Notes under the pieces: model-generated | Told to the model about the DNA's origin: nothing | The model's input: only the letters and a program-made list of their open reading frames with translations | Database searches by the model: none | DNA from: an uncultured Gemmatimonadales bacterium | GTDB taxonomy: Bacteria > Gemmatimonadota > Gemmatimonadetes > Gemmatimonadales > GWC2-71-9 | Length of the DNA stretch: 64,000 nt | NCBI GenBank assembly: GCA_963730185.1 | Contig: CAVSQW010000007.1 | Span: 96,001-160,000 of the forward strand | Reading direction: 5' to 3' | Position numbers and translations under genes: made by a program | In this document: piece after piece, positions 39,390 through 49,126 of the stretch | How the letters are laid out: every line of letters begins with the position of its first letter | How positions within the stretch are numbered: position 1 is the first letter of the stretch

Positions 39390-40706
39390 ATGTTTCCCTC
39401 CGTGCCGCTTCCCATCCGTGCGACCGTGCGTCGGGCGCTGACCGTCGGGGCGCTCCGCCACCGGAACTTCCGGCTCTTCATCATCGGGCAGTTCGTGTCG
39501 CTCTGCGGCACCTGGATGCAGAACGTCGCCCTGGCGTGGCTGGTGCTCCAGCTCACCGACTCGACGCTCCAGACCGGTCTGGTGACCACCTTCAGCACCC
39601 TGCCGGTTCTGTTGTTCACGCTCTACGGCGGGGTGGTGGCCGACCGGGTCAACCGCCGGCGCTGGCTCATCTGGCTCCAGGGCCTGTTTCTGGTCGAGGC
39701 CGCCGTCCTGACCGGATTGACCGCGACCGGCCGGATCACCGTCCCGTGGATCTACGGGCTGTCGATCGTGGCCGGGGTGGTGACCGCCTTCGAGATCCCG
39801 ATCCGCCAGTCGTATCTGATGGAACTGGTGGGTCGGACCGACCTGATGAGCGCCATCGCGATGAACAGCACGTCGTTCAACCTCTCCCGGGTGGCGGGGC
39901 CGGCGGCGGCGGCGGCGGTGACCGCGGCCTTCGGTGCGGCGGCCGCCTTCGGCGTGAACGCCGTGAGTTTCGTTGCGGTGTTGATCGCGCTCTACTTGAT
40001 CAACCCGGCCGAGGCCGCGGGCCCGCCGCGGTCGCCCCACCGGGCCCGCTTCCGGGCCGGGCTGGAGCATGTCTTCGGTGATCGCCTGGCGCGGACCTTG
40101 ATCATCCTGGCGACCGTGTACACGCTCTTCGCGGCGTCGCTGGTGGCCATTCTCCCCGCCTATGCGGCCAAGGACGTCGGGGCCGGGGTCGGTGGGTACG
40201 GCGGCCTGATGTCGGCCTTCGGCGTCGGCGCGGCCTTCGGCGCGATCACTCTGGCAGCCATCGGGGGACGCTTCGCCCGCGAGCGCGTGGCGCTGGCGGC
40301 CGGGATCGGGCTCGGGGCCTCGGTCCTGCTCCTCGGCGTGGTACACCGGTACCCCGTTGCCCTGCTGCTCATTCTGGTGGCCGGGCTCTGCATGGCCTTG
40401 AGCGCGATCATGACCAACACGATTCTCCAGACGGGCGCGCCCGACCATCTCCGGGGACAGGTGGTGGGGCTCTATTCGTTCGTGGTCATCGGCCTGGCCC
40501 CGATCGGGTCGGCGGAGGCTGGCTGGGTCGGCGAGCAGTATCGTCCCGCCACGGCCATCGGCCTGGGTGGGGCGGTGTGTCTGGTGGCGGCGCTGATCGG
40601 CGCGTGGCGCCTGGGGCTCTTCGCCCGCCGGCGGCGCCCGCCGGTGGCGGCTCGGATCCCGGGGCCCGAGGCAGGTTCCACCGGCGGTGGGGGAGGGACG
40701 CCGTGA
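39390..40706 (+). CDS. MFS transporter
   Basis: ALRHRNFRLF..GQ..S..GTWMQ and GGVVADRVNRR motif A; about 12 TM segments. Confidence 0.9.
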   Translation: MFPSVPLPIRATVRRALTVGALRHRNFRLFIIGQFVSLCGTWMQNVALAWLVLQLTDSTLQTGLVTTFSTLPVLLFTLYGGVVADRVNRRRWLIWLQGLFLVEAAVLTGLTATGRITVPWIYGLSIVAGVVTAFEIPIRQSYLMELVGRTDLMSAIAMNSTSFNLSRVAGPAAAAAVTAAFGAAAAFGVNAVSFVAVLIALYLINPAEAAGPPRSPHRARFRAGLEHVFGDRLARTLIILATVYTLFAASLVAILPAYAAKDVGAGVGGYGGLMSAFGVGAAFGAITLAAIGGRFARERVALAAGIGLGASVLLLGVVHRYPVALLLILVAGLCMALSAIMTNTILQTGAPDHLRGQVVGLYSFVVIGLAPIGSAEAGWVGEQYRPATAIGLGGAVCLVAALIGAWRLGLFARRRRPPVAARIPGPEAGSTGGGGGTP

Positions 40707-41365
40707 TCATTACGGTTTCGCGGGAGATGGGCGCGGGCGGGGCCGAGGTCGCTCGACGGGTGGCGCACGAGCTCGGCTGGCGGGTGGTCGACAACGAGCT
40801 GGTCGACCGGGTGGCGGCCCGCTCGGGGTTGCCTCGGGAGGAAGTCGAGGAGCGCGAGGAGCGGGCGCCCGGATTTCTGGAGCGCTTGGTTCGGATGGCG
40901 AGCCGAGCCGTGCCCGAGGTCTTTCCCGCGGCGGAGGACGTGCCCGAACCCGAGCGCGACGAGGCGCGACTGGTGCAGTGCACCGAGGCGGTGGTGGCGG
41001 AGATGGCGGCCGAGGGGCGGGTCGTGCTGGTGGGCCGGGCCGCGCCGGCGGTCATCGGGCAGAACCGGGACGCGATTCACGTCCGGGTCGTGGCGCCCCG
41101 GCCGGACCGGGTGGCGGCCGTGGCGGCGGCGCGCGCCGTGCCCGAGGGCGAGGCCGAACGGCTGGTGGACGAGTCGGACCGGAACCGGGAGCGGTATCAC
41201 CGGCAACACTATCAGCGGGATTGGCGCGACGCGACCAACTACGACTTCGTCATCAACACCGGGGCGGTGGGGGTCGACGGCGCCGTGGCCGCCATCGTAG
41301 GCCGGGCCAAGACCCGGTGGCCCGACGCGACGCGGGAACGGCGGCGGGGTGGCAGCGCGGGTTAG
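40703..41365 (+). CDS. Cytidylate kinase-like family protein
   Basis: GTGA overlap; ITVSREMGAGG, VLVGRAA and YDFVINT. Confidence 0.87.
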   Translation: MIITVSREMGAGGAEVARRVAHELGWRVVDNELVDRVAARSGLPREEVEEREERAPGFLERLVRMASRAVPEVFPAAEDVPEPERDEARLVQCTEAVVAEMAAEGRVVLVGRAAPAVIGQNRDAIHVRVVAPRPDRVAAVAAARAVPEGEAERLVDESDRNRERYHRQHYQRDWRDATNYDFVINTGAVGVDGAVAAIVGRAKTRWPDATRERRRGGSAG

Positions 41366-42272
41366 GGGCGCCGTCCCGGTCGTGCTGGCGGCCGTCATCG
41401 GGGCCGGATGCCACCCGGGGCGGCCCGCGGTGACCGTTCCGCTCGACGACTGGAAACCGTTCCTCTGGGCCACCGTCGCCTCGGACACCACCCGCTTCGA
41501 CCGCGCGGCCATTCTGGTGCCCGACCCACGCGGGCAGACCGGGGCCGGTTTGCTGCAGCTGGATCTCGCGGGGAGCGGGGCGCTGCCCTACGGGTACCCG
41601 TCCGCCGTGGAGCCGGATCCGAGCTTGCTCGACGTCCGGCTCCACGGCCTGCTCACCGCTTGGCAACCGGTGGTGCCGACGAGGTCGGCCCCGGGTGCCC
41701 CTCCGCCGGCCCGCTTGGACCGGCTCGGCACCCTGGGCCTGCCGGCGTTCTCGGTCACCCTGCTCCTGATCGACTTCAAGCGCCAACGGTACGGGACCTT
41801 ACCCAGTCGGCGGGGCGACCCGCCGGCCTTCCTGACCGGCCGGCCAGCCGTGCCACTGGAGGGGGCGGGCGATCGACTCCTGGTGCCGCTGTCGGTCGGG
41901 ACGACCGGGCTCCACCGGGTCATGCTCGACACCGGCCTGAGTCCGTTTCCCCTCTGGGTCGACTGCCCCACCTGGAGCCGCCTGACCGGCCGCGATCGGG
42001 CTGCGCCGGGTCAGGCGCGCTATCGGATCGATCACCCCGAGGGCGAGTTGACCTTCGTGACGGGGGTGACCCGCGACCCGGTCCGGTTGGGGGAGCACTC
42101 GCTCGGGCGGCTGGAGGTCGTGTGCCTGACCGACGGGCCGGCCGAGGCGGCGTTCGACGCCTGGCCGTTCCGGGTGGGCGGGGTGCTGGGGGCCCGGGCC
42201 TTCGGCGACGGGACCCTGTTGGTGCTCGATCCGCGTAACGGTCGCCTCTGGGTCGAGTCGGCCGGGCAATAG
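41349..42272 (+). CDS. Putative lipoprotein with retropepsin-like aspartic protease fold
   Basis: GAGC lipobox-like; VMLDTG and GGVLG in the C-terminal half; degenerate LQLDLA in the N-terminal half. Confidence 0.55.
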   Translation: MAARVRGAVPVVLAAVIGAGCHPGRPAVTVPLDDWKPFLWATVASDTTRFDRAAILVPDPRGQTGAGLLQLDLAGSGALPYGYPSAVEPDPSLLDVRLHGLLTAWQPVVPTRSAPGAPPPARLDRLGTLGLPAFSVTLLLIDFKRQRYGTLPSRRGDPPAFLTGRPAVPLEGAGDRLLVPLSVGTTGLHRVMLDTGLSPFPLWVDCPTWSRLTGRDRAAPGQARYRIDHPEGELTFVTGVTRDPVRLGEHSLGRLEVVCLTDGPAEAAFDAWPFRVGGVLGARAFGDGTLLVLDPRNGRLWVESAGQ

Positions 42273-42276
42273 GCGC

Positions 42277-43737
42277 TCAGTCGTCGAACTCGCGCCGCTT
42301 CTCGCGGCCGGGCCGGAGGGCCGACCACCCGATCTCCTCGTTCCGGCTGATCCGCTTCTGCGCCGCCAGGGCCTCGAGCACCAGCTCGCAGCCGGCCACG
42401 GCGGTGCCGGGATCGGTGGCGTCGCCCAGGGCCAGGTCGCGAACCAGGGGGAGGAGGCCCGGCACCACCCCGAACGCCTTGACCGCGACGTCGCTCCGCT
42501 CGTCGCCCCCGACCTTGAGCGCCTGCCCCCCGTCGAACCAGGCCACGATCGCCTCGATCCGCTCGGCGTCCTCCTCGCGAGCCCGGTCCAGGAAGGTGTG
42601 GTTGGCGGCCCGGCGGATCAGCTCCCGGGCGATGGTGTCGCTCCCCTGGAGCTCGCCCTCGTACTCGAGCTCGAGCTTGCCGGTGATGGCGGGCAGCGCC
42701 GCGTAGAGATCGCTGACCCGGGGGACCGCCGGCGTCTCGGCGTGGGCCAGGCTCCGCCGCTCCGCGTTGGACACCACGTTCTCGATCAGGCTGATCGGCA
42801 ACCGCTGGCTCACCCCCGACCGCTTGTCGATCCGCCGGTCCACCCTGGCCTCGAACGCCACCCGCTCGATCGCCTCGCGGATGAACTCCGGGACTTCGAC
42901 CTGCGGGCCGGCCCGGTCCACCCAGGCCTCCTGCGCGGTGATCCGCATCCCCAGGTCCACGTCACGGGGATAATGGGTCAGGATCTCGGCGCCGATCCGG
43001 TCCTTGAGCGGCGTGATGATCTTGCCGCGGGCGGTATAGTCCTCCGGGTTGGCGGTGAACACCAGGAGGACGTCGAGCGGCAACCGAACCGGGTAGCCTT
43101 TGATCTGGACGTCGCCTTCCTGCATGATGTTGAAGAGGCCCACCTGGATCTTGCCCGAGAGGTCGGGGAGCTCGTTGATCGCGAAGATCCCGCGATTGGC
43201 CCGGGGCAGGAGCCCGAAGTGCATCGTCAGCTCGTCGCTCAGGAGATGCCCGCCGCGGGCCGCCTTGATCGGATCGAGATCGCCGATCAGATCGGCGACG
43301 GTGACGTCGGGGGTGGCCAGCTTTTCCACGTAGCGGGCGTCGCGCCCCACCCAGGCGATCGGCGTGGCGGAGCCCAGCTCCTGAATCGTCTCTTTGGCGA
43401 ACCGCGAGATCGGTGCGAAGGGATCGTCGTTCACTTCGCTGCCGGCGACGATCGGCATCCAGTCGTCCAGGAACCGGACCAGGCTCCGGAGGATCCGGCT
43501 CTTGGCTTGGCCCCGGAGGCCGAGGAGAATGAAGTCCTGGCGGGCCAGGAGGGCGTTGACGATCTGGGGAACGATGGTGTCATCGTACCCGTGGACGCCC
43601 GGAACGAGCGCCTCGCCGCGGCTGATCGCCGCCAGCAGGTTGTCTCGGATCTCGTCGCGGACGGTTCGGGCTCGTCGCTCGGCGGAGCCCCAGGGGCTCG
43701 ATCGAAGCTCCGCCAGCGTGGTTGGTCGGTCGGTCAT
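42277..43737 (-). CDS. Magnesium-chelatase-like AAA+ ATPase
   Basis: GLRGQAKS Walker A variant, AINELPDL Walker B variant, FTANPEDY and PLKDR. Confidence 0.88.
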   Translation of the reverse strand: MTDRPTTLAELRSSPWGSAERRARTVRDEIRDNLLAAISRGEALVPGVHGYDDTIVPQIVNALLARQDFILLGLRGQAKSRILRSLVRFLDDWMPIVAGSEVNDDPFAPISRFAKETIQELGSATPIAWVGRDARYVEKLATPDVTVADLIGDLDPIKAARGGHLLSDELTMHFGLLPRANRGIFAINELPDLSGKIQVGLFNIMQEGDVQIKGYPVRLPLDVLLVFTANPEDYTARGKIITPLKDRIGAEILTHYPRDVDLGMRITAQEAWVDRAGPQVEVPEFIREAIERVAFEARVDRRIDKRSGVSQRLPISLIENVVSNAERRSLAHAETPAVPRVSDLYAALPAITGKLELEYEGELQGSDTIARELIRRAANHTFLDRAREEDAERIEAIVAWFDGGQALKVGGDERSDVAVKAFGVVPGLLPLVRDLALGDATDPGTAVAGCELVLEALAAQKRISRNEEIGWSALRPGREKRREFDD

Positions 43738-43851
43738 GGAGTCGTCTCGTAGTCAGAGCCGGAAGCGGCCGTCTCTCCTTCGAAGGGTAATCGACGGGTG
43801 CCAGAGGGAACCAGCCAGGGCGAGCCAGGCACCGCTAAGTCGTTGTGGTAT

Positions 43852-43880
43852 TTGACAGAAAGGCCACGGGTCGGTAAGCT
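43852..43880 (+). promoter_or_regulatory. Sigma-70 promoter of the small lipoprotein gene
   Basis: TTGACA-N17-TAAGCT. Confidence 0.65.
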
Positions 43881-43954
43881 TCCAGTCTTCGCCCGGTCAG
43901 ACAACCGCCGGTCCGCTGGACCCCCCGGAACCCAACTGAATGAAGGAGTACCCA

Positions 43955-44131
43955 ATGAAGAAGCTCCTTGCCGTCGTTGCCCTCGTGACGCTCGCCGCGT
44001 GCGGTGAAAAGAAGGCCCCCATGCCGGCCGCCGATACCGCCGCGGCCGCCGCGCCGGCGCCTGCCGCCGCCGCTGACACGACCATGAGGGCCGACAGCGC
44101 GATGGCAGGCGACACCGCGCACAAGATGTAG
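43955..44131 (+). CDS. Small Ala-rich lipoprotein (58 aa)
   Basis: AAGGAG RBS, MKKLLAVVALVTLAAC lipobox, own promoter and terminator. Confidence 0.85.
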   Translation: MKKLLAVVALVTLAACGEKKAPMPAADTAAAAAPAPAAAADTTMRADSAMAGDTAHKM

Positions 44132-44149
44132 GCTGGGCCGCTCGAATCT

Positions 44150-44180
44150 CGAAGCCCCGGCGGTCGTCGCCGGGGCTTCG
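44150..44180. terminator. Stem-loop between convergent genes
   Basis: 13-bp perfect stem CGAAGCCCCGGCG / CGCCGGGGCTTCG. Confidence 0.65.
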
Positions 44181-44201
44181 CGCGTTCCAACCGGTGCACC
44201 C

Positions 44202-45179
44202 TCAGCCCGCCAGAGAATCGAACGGGAGGGCCACGACCTGGACCGTCCCCTCGCCTTGGCGGAGTTTCGTCCCGAGCTCGACCTCGTGCCGAAGCCGGGC
44301 CAAGGCCATGCGGGGCGTGCCATCGACTTCGAGCTGGGTGGTCACGCTGCCGACCGTCCGGTCCTCCAGCGCCAGCGCGTCGCCCGACGGGGCCCGCCCG
44401 TTGGTCGGTACCACGCCTCGCAGCAGCCAGTTCGGGTGGCCGCGGAAGTGAATCCGCGCCACGGTCTCCTGGCCTACGTAACATCCCTTGGTGTAGGACA
44501 CCCCGTCGATCTCGTCGAACCGGACCTCTTGCGGCAGCGTCTTGGAGCCGATGTCTACCCCCAATGTCGGGAAGCCGGCCAGCACCCGGGCGGCCCGAAG
44601 GTCGCTTCGCGTGCCGACTACCGCTCCCGCGTCCCGCAAGCTCTTCGCGATGCCCGCCAACGCCTCGGGCGGACCGGCCACCACCCACGCGAACGGCCCC
44701 GTGGCCTTCGCTCGGCCGACCCAGACGGCCCCCGGGCCGCACTCCACCAGGGCGGCCTGACCGGCGCCCAGATCCGGGACGCACCCGAGCGACTGGCCCA
44801 CCTCGGCCGCCCCGCCCCCGAGCAGCCAGATCGCCCCCCAGGCGTCGGTATGGTCCGTGACCCGGGCCAGTCGCGGCGGCAGCTGGCGACCGAACAGCTC
44901 CAGCGCGGGTACCCGTCCGAGCGGGTCGGCCAAGAGGAGAAAGGCGCCGCCGTGCCGCATGACCCAGAAGTCCACCGCGATCATGCCTTTGGGGGTGAGC
45001 AGCCCGGCGTAGATCAGGCTGCAGTCGCCCGGCTTCTCGACGTCGTTGGTCAGGAGACCTTGGAGGCAGGCCACGGCACCGGGACCCTCGATGCCGAGGA
45101 GCATCGGGTGGTCGGGCACGAGCACGGCGCCGGCTCGGAGCCGGGCGAGCTCTCCGACGGATAGGCGAATGGTCTCCAC
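44202..45179 (-). CDS. ygfZ: YgfZ-like folate-binding Fe-S repair/tRNA-modification protein
   Basis: Signature KGCYVGQE and LQGLLTND. Confidence 0.88.
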   Translation of the reverse strand: METIRLSVGELARLRAGAVLVPDHPMLLGIEGPGAVACLQGLLTNDVEKPGDCSLIYAGLLTPKGMIAVDFWVMRHGGAFLLLADPLGRVPALELFGRQLPPRLARVTDHTDAWGAIWLLGGGAAEVGQSLGCVPDLGAGQAALVECGPGAVWVGRAKATGPFAWVVAGPPEALAGIAKSLRDAGAVVGTRSDLRAARVLAGFPTLGVDIGSKTLPQEVRFDEIDGVSYTKGCYVGQETVARIHFRGHPNWLLRGVVPTNGRAPSGDALALEDRTVGSVTTQLEVDGTPRMALARLRHEVELGTKLRQGEGTVQVVALPFDSLAG

Positions 45180-45213
45180 AGTAGGGAAGGTAACCAGCCC
45201 TTCCCGACTGGGG

Positions 45214-48200
45214 TCAATCCGAGCGCATGACCGCCACCGGATCGACCCGGGTCGCCTGGCGGGCCGGCACCCAGGAGGCGATCAGGGCGGTCGCGAGCAC
45301 CCCGAGTGTTGCCAGACCGTAGGTCAGCGGATCGTGGGTATCGATGCCGAACAGCTGCGACTCGATCAGTCGGGAGCCGGCGACCGCGAGGCCGAGGCCG
45401 GCGACCGCCCCCAGCGCGACCGGGAGGATTCCCTGGATCACGACCTGGCGCCGAACCCCCCCGGGGCTGGCGCCGAGCGCGAGCCGGATCCCGATCTCCC
45501 GGTGGCGCTGCTCCACGGCGTGGCGGAGCACGCCATGCAGCCCGACACCGGTGAGTACCACCGTGGAGACCGCGAAGAGAACCAGCAGCGTCATCGTGAG
45601 TCGCTGCCGGGCGGTGCTCTCCCAGAGGAGTTGGCGGACCGGGTCGATCGAGACGGTCGGCACCGCGGCATCGATCCTGGTGAGTACCGTCCGGAGCGCC
45701 GGCGTCAGGGCGTCGGGCGCCAGCGACCCCCGGATCAGCAGCGTAGCCCGCGTGGTCTGGTCGTCGAAAGGGTGATAGAGCTGGAAGTCGTCGACGCCGA
45801 GCGCCCCGAGGCCGAGGCCGGCGGCGGTGCCTGCCACCCCGACGATTCGGAGCCAGCGTTTGCCGTCCAGCCGGATCCGGCCACCGACGGCACCTCCCCG
45901 GGGCCAGAACCGTCGAGCCAGGCGATCGTTGATGATGACGGCGTCGGGCTCTCCCTCTGGAAACGTGGGGTCGAACGAGCGCCCGGCCAGGATCGGAACG
46001 CCCAAGGTCCGGAAATAGCCGGGGTCCACCTGGTTGGAGGCGAAAACCCTCGGGGTGTCGCCTGGCGTCAGCGTCAGGCCGTCGACCTCGAGTGAGCCGA
46101 ACTCGATCCCGAGCTGAGGTGGCGAGTTGTCGGCCAGGGTGGTGCCCGTCACCCCCGGGATGGCCTCGGCCTGCTCGGTCAACGCCCGATAGAAAGGCGG
46201 CCGCGACGGGCCGTTCGGATACCGCCAGCTCGGGAGATCGATCGACACCGCCGTCAGCTGGTCGGCGGCAAAGCCGACGTCCGCCGTGGTGAGGTTCCAG
46301 ACCGTTCGGACCAGGAGGCCGGCCCCGACCAGGAGGGTGAGCGACAGTCCCGCTTCGAGCCCGATCACCAGCCGCCGCAGCCGAGGGGCCCGATCGGCGG
46401 ACCGTCCCCCGCTCCTGAGGAGCCCGGGCGTACCCATTCGGCTGGCGCGCCAGGCGGGGACCAGCCCGGCGATCAGCGCCACGATCAGCGTCAGGGCCAG
46501 CGCGGTGGCCAGCGAGCGGTGATCGAGTCGCACCGTCGCCAGCGCGGCGAGCCCGGGCCCCCGGGGAGGGTTGGCCGCCACGGCCCGGAGGAGCGAGGCC
46601 CCGAGAGCGAGGCCGGCGAGCCCCCCGAGCGCCGCCAGCACCAAGGACTCCACCAATCCCTGGGCCAGGAGGCGAAGCCGAGACGCGCCCAGTGCCGCCC
46701 GGGTCGCGAGCTCGCGGGAGCGCTCCACCGCCCGGGCCAGCAAGAGGTGGCTTACGTTAGCCGAGGCCACCAGCAGGAGGACGCCGACGGCGGCCAGGAG
46801 GGCATAGAGGCTCTGCACCGTCCCGCGCCCGATCAGGTCGGCCGGCGTCGCCACCGTCATCGTCCAGTCCTTGAAGTCCGGATCGTCGGCTGCAACCGCA
46901 GCCGAGATCACGGCCAGCTCGCGATTCGCCTGGACCGGCTCGACGCCGGGAGCGAGACGGGCCAGCATCTGGATCGAGCGGGACGGCGGGAGGCTCGACT
47001 CCGGCGGAATCGGGACCCAGAGGTCGATGGACCCGCTCAGCCCGGGGACGGTCCGGAGGGTCGCCGGTGCGATGCCGACAATCCGGTACGGCTCGCCGTC
47101 CAGCGTCATCGTCCGGCCCACCACGCTCGAGTCGCGCCCGAACCGGCGGACCCAGAGGTCACGGCTCAGGATGGCTACCCGGGTGCCCTCGACTCGCTCG
47201 GCCCGTGAGAAGGGCCTCCCTCGGAGGAGCGGCACCCGGAGAAAGTCGAAGAACCCGTCGGCGACGCGGACCGCCGTCAGCTGCTCGGGGTCGAGGGCGC
47301 CGCCCAGCACCATCGTCTGCCGGTCGTACGGCTCGACCCTGGTGCCGCTCCCGAGGCCTCGCCGGATCTCGGGCAGCAGCCGGGCCGGGGGGAACGATCG
47401 AATGGTGCTGGACGCCGTGAGCCGCTTGGTCTGGAAGATCGGAGTGAGCCGGTCGGCGTCCGGCAGCGGGTAAGGCTGGACCAGCATCCGGTCGACCACG
47501 GTTCCCATGGCGGTCGCCCCGCCGATCCCGAGCGCCAGGGTGAGCACCGCGGTGACGGCGAGGCCGGGTCGGCGGCGGAGCGAGCGAAACGAGATCTTGA
47601 GGTCGTCCCTGAGGGCGACGAGCTGATGCCGCACGGTCGAGACCTCCGGCTGGGTCGAGCGGACGGGCGCCTGCCGCGGGCTCCCGACCCGCCGCCAGGG
47701 CCACCGGCGCCGACCGCCGGCGGTCCGAAGCTCGGCGACCAGGGCCAGGGCGGAGCCGAAGCCCCCATCCTCGGCGCGGCGGAGCAGCGCTTGCTGCGCG
47801 GCGGTCGCGCCGGTCCCGAGCCACCCCGCGGCCAAGGCTGCCAGGGCCCGGCGGTCGGTCGCGGGGCCGGACTCGCCGGCGGGATCGGGGTCCAGGCCGC
47901 CCGCGAGGATCGTAACCCGGTCTCCCGTGAGCCGGATCGTCTCGGGGGAGAGGGCGCCGTGGACGGCGCCCCGCTCGTGGGCGAAGTCCAGGGCGGCTGC
48001 GACCGTCTCCAGCGTCGCCACCGCCCGAGCCGGGTCAAGCGGACCGGCCTCGGCGACGACCTCGTGGAGCGGGCGGCCCGGGGCGGGGGCCGCCGCCAGG
48101 TAGAGGCGGCCGGCCGCCTCACCGGCATCGACGATCGGCGCGATCGCGGGATGGTGCGGCAGCCGGATCCAGGCGCCGACCCGGCGGAAGAAGGCGCCGC

Positions 48201-48582
48201 CGTCGGCCGGGGCTACCCGCTCGGGATCGAAGAGGCGGAGCTCGGTGCTCCGTCCGAAGCGGCGTCCCCGGGCGGCGTACCACTCGCTCCCGCGGTCGCG
48301 ACGGACGATCCCGTCCACCAGATAGCGCTCGGCCAGCGCGGAGGCGACCCTTGGGTCGGGGACCGGCGGCCCGGGCTCGATCTGAAACAACTCGTCGAAC
48401 GAGACCTCGAACAGCGCCAGGAGCCGCTCCCGGGTCCGGGCCGACGGGCTCGGATAACGGCCCCTGAGCAGATTCGACCAGTGGCCGCGCGAGATCCCCA
48501 GCCGGATGGCCAGATGGTTCTGGCTCAGCGGGCTTCTGGCGACGAGGTCGCGGAGGCGGTCGAGTCGGACGGTGATCCGCAT
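45214..48582 (-). CDS. HTH + pseudokinase + duplicated MacB/FtsX (ADOP-type) permease fusion
   Basis: LSQNHLAIRLGISRGHWSNLL (XRE-like HTH); degenerate kinase ALAERY...VHGALSPETI; TLALGIG, RELATRAALGA, REIGIRLALGA and VPARQATRVDP permease motifs. Confidence 0.85.
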   Translation of the reverse strand: MRITVRLDRLRDLVARSPLSQNHLAIRLGISRGHWSNLLRGRYPSPSARTRERLLALFEVSFDELFQIEPGPPVPDPRVASALAERYLVDGIVRRDRGSEWYAARGRRFGRSTELRLFDPERVAPADGGAFFRRVGAWIRLPHHPAIAPIVDAGEAAGRLYLAAAPAPGRPLHEVVAEAGPLDPARAVATLETVAAALDFAHERGAVHGALSPETIRLTGDRVTILAGGLDPDPAGESGPATDRRALAALAAGWLGTGATAAQQALLRRAEDGGFGSALALVAELRTAGGRRRWPWRRVGSPRQAPVRSTQPEVSTVRHQLVALRDDLKISFRSLRRRPGLAVTAVLTLALGIGGATAMGTVVDRMLVQPYPLPDADRLTPIFQTKRLTASSTIRSFPPARLLPEIRRGLGSGTRVEPYDRQTMVLGGALDPEQLTAVRVADGFFDFLRVPLLRGRPFSRAERVEGTRVAILSRDLWVRRFGRDSSVVGRTMTLDGEPYRIVGIAPATLRTVPGLSGSIDLWVPIPPESSLPPSRSIQMLARLAPGVEPVQANRELAVISAAVAADDPDFKDWTMTVATPADLIGRGTVQSLYALLAAVGVLLLVASANVSHLLLARAVERSRELATRAALGASRLRLLAQGLVESLVLAALGGLAGLALGASLLRAVAANPPRGPGLAALATVRLDHRSLATALALTLIVALIAGLVPAWRASRMGTPGLLRSGGRSADRAPRLRRLVIGLEAGLSLTLLVGAGLLVRTVWNLTTADVGFAADQLTAVSIDLPSWRYPNGPSRPPFYRALTEQAEAIPGVTGTTLADNSPPQLGIEFGSLEVDGLTLTPGDTPRVFASNQVDPGYFRTLGVPILAGRSFDPTFPEGEPDAVIINDRLARRFWPRGGAVGGRIRLDGKRWLRIVGVAGTAAGLGLGALGVDDFQLYHPFDDQTTRATLLIRGSLAPDALTPALRTVLTRIDAAVPTVSIDPVRQLLWESTARQRLTMTLLVLFAVSTVVLTGVGLHGVLRHAVEQRHREIGIRLALGASPGGVRRQVVIQGILPVALGAVAGLGLAVAGSRLIESQLFGIDTHDPLTYGLATLGVLATALIASWVPARQATRVDPVAVMRSD

Positions 48583-48749
48583 GGGGCTCGCTGGCGATGG
48601 TGGCACGCCGGCGCACCGGGGTCAAGGCCTTCGCGCCACCAGGTGTTTCGCAACGTTCGGTGAGGCCGTTCCGGCGGCCGGGCGGGGCGGCTTGCCCCCC
48701 CGAAACGGGCGGGCTTACCCTTCGACCGACCCATTCCGAATGGACTCCG

Positions 48750-49115
48750 ATGGCGCACACCCCGATCGACCTGGCGGAGAAGCTCAGCCGGATTCCCGAG
48801 CTCTGGAGCCCGCGGATCGTGGCCGAAGTCAACGGTCAGCACGTCAAGCTGGCCCGGATCCAGGGTGAGTTCGTCTGGCATCGGCACGACGACGAGGACG
48901 AGCTCTTCCTGGTGGTGAAGGGCCGGCTCCGCCTCGAGCTTCGCGACGGGGCGGTCGAGCTCGAGCCGGGCCAGTGCTACGTGGTGCCACGCGGCGTGGA
49001 GCACCGTCCGATCGCCCTCGAGGAGACCCACATCCTGATGTTCGAGCCGGCCGGAACGCTCAACACCGGCAACGTCCGGAGCGAGCGCACCGTGGCCGAC
49101 CCGGCCTGGCTCTGA
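48750..49115 (+). CDS. Cupin domain protein
   Basis: GEFVWHRH..EDELF and VPRGVEHRP. Confidence 0.9.
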   Translation: MAHTPIDLAEKLSRIPELWSPRIVAEVNGQHVKLARIQGEFVWHRHDDEDELFLVVKGRLRLELRDGAVELEPGQCYVVPRGVEHRPIALEETHILMFEPAGTLNTGNVRSERTVADPAWL

Positions 49116-49126
49116 ACGGAGCCTCC

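Noticed and set aside
42277..43737. bchI and a photosynthesis gene cluster
   Set aside because: Walker motifs are of the non-photosynthetic variant, and no bch/puf genes are in the window.
45184..45205. GGGAAGG/CCTTCCC hairpin between the permease fusion and ygfZ as a terminator
   Set aside because: Short 7-bp stem with no U-tract, abutting the ygfZ start; too weak to call.
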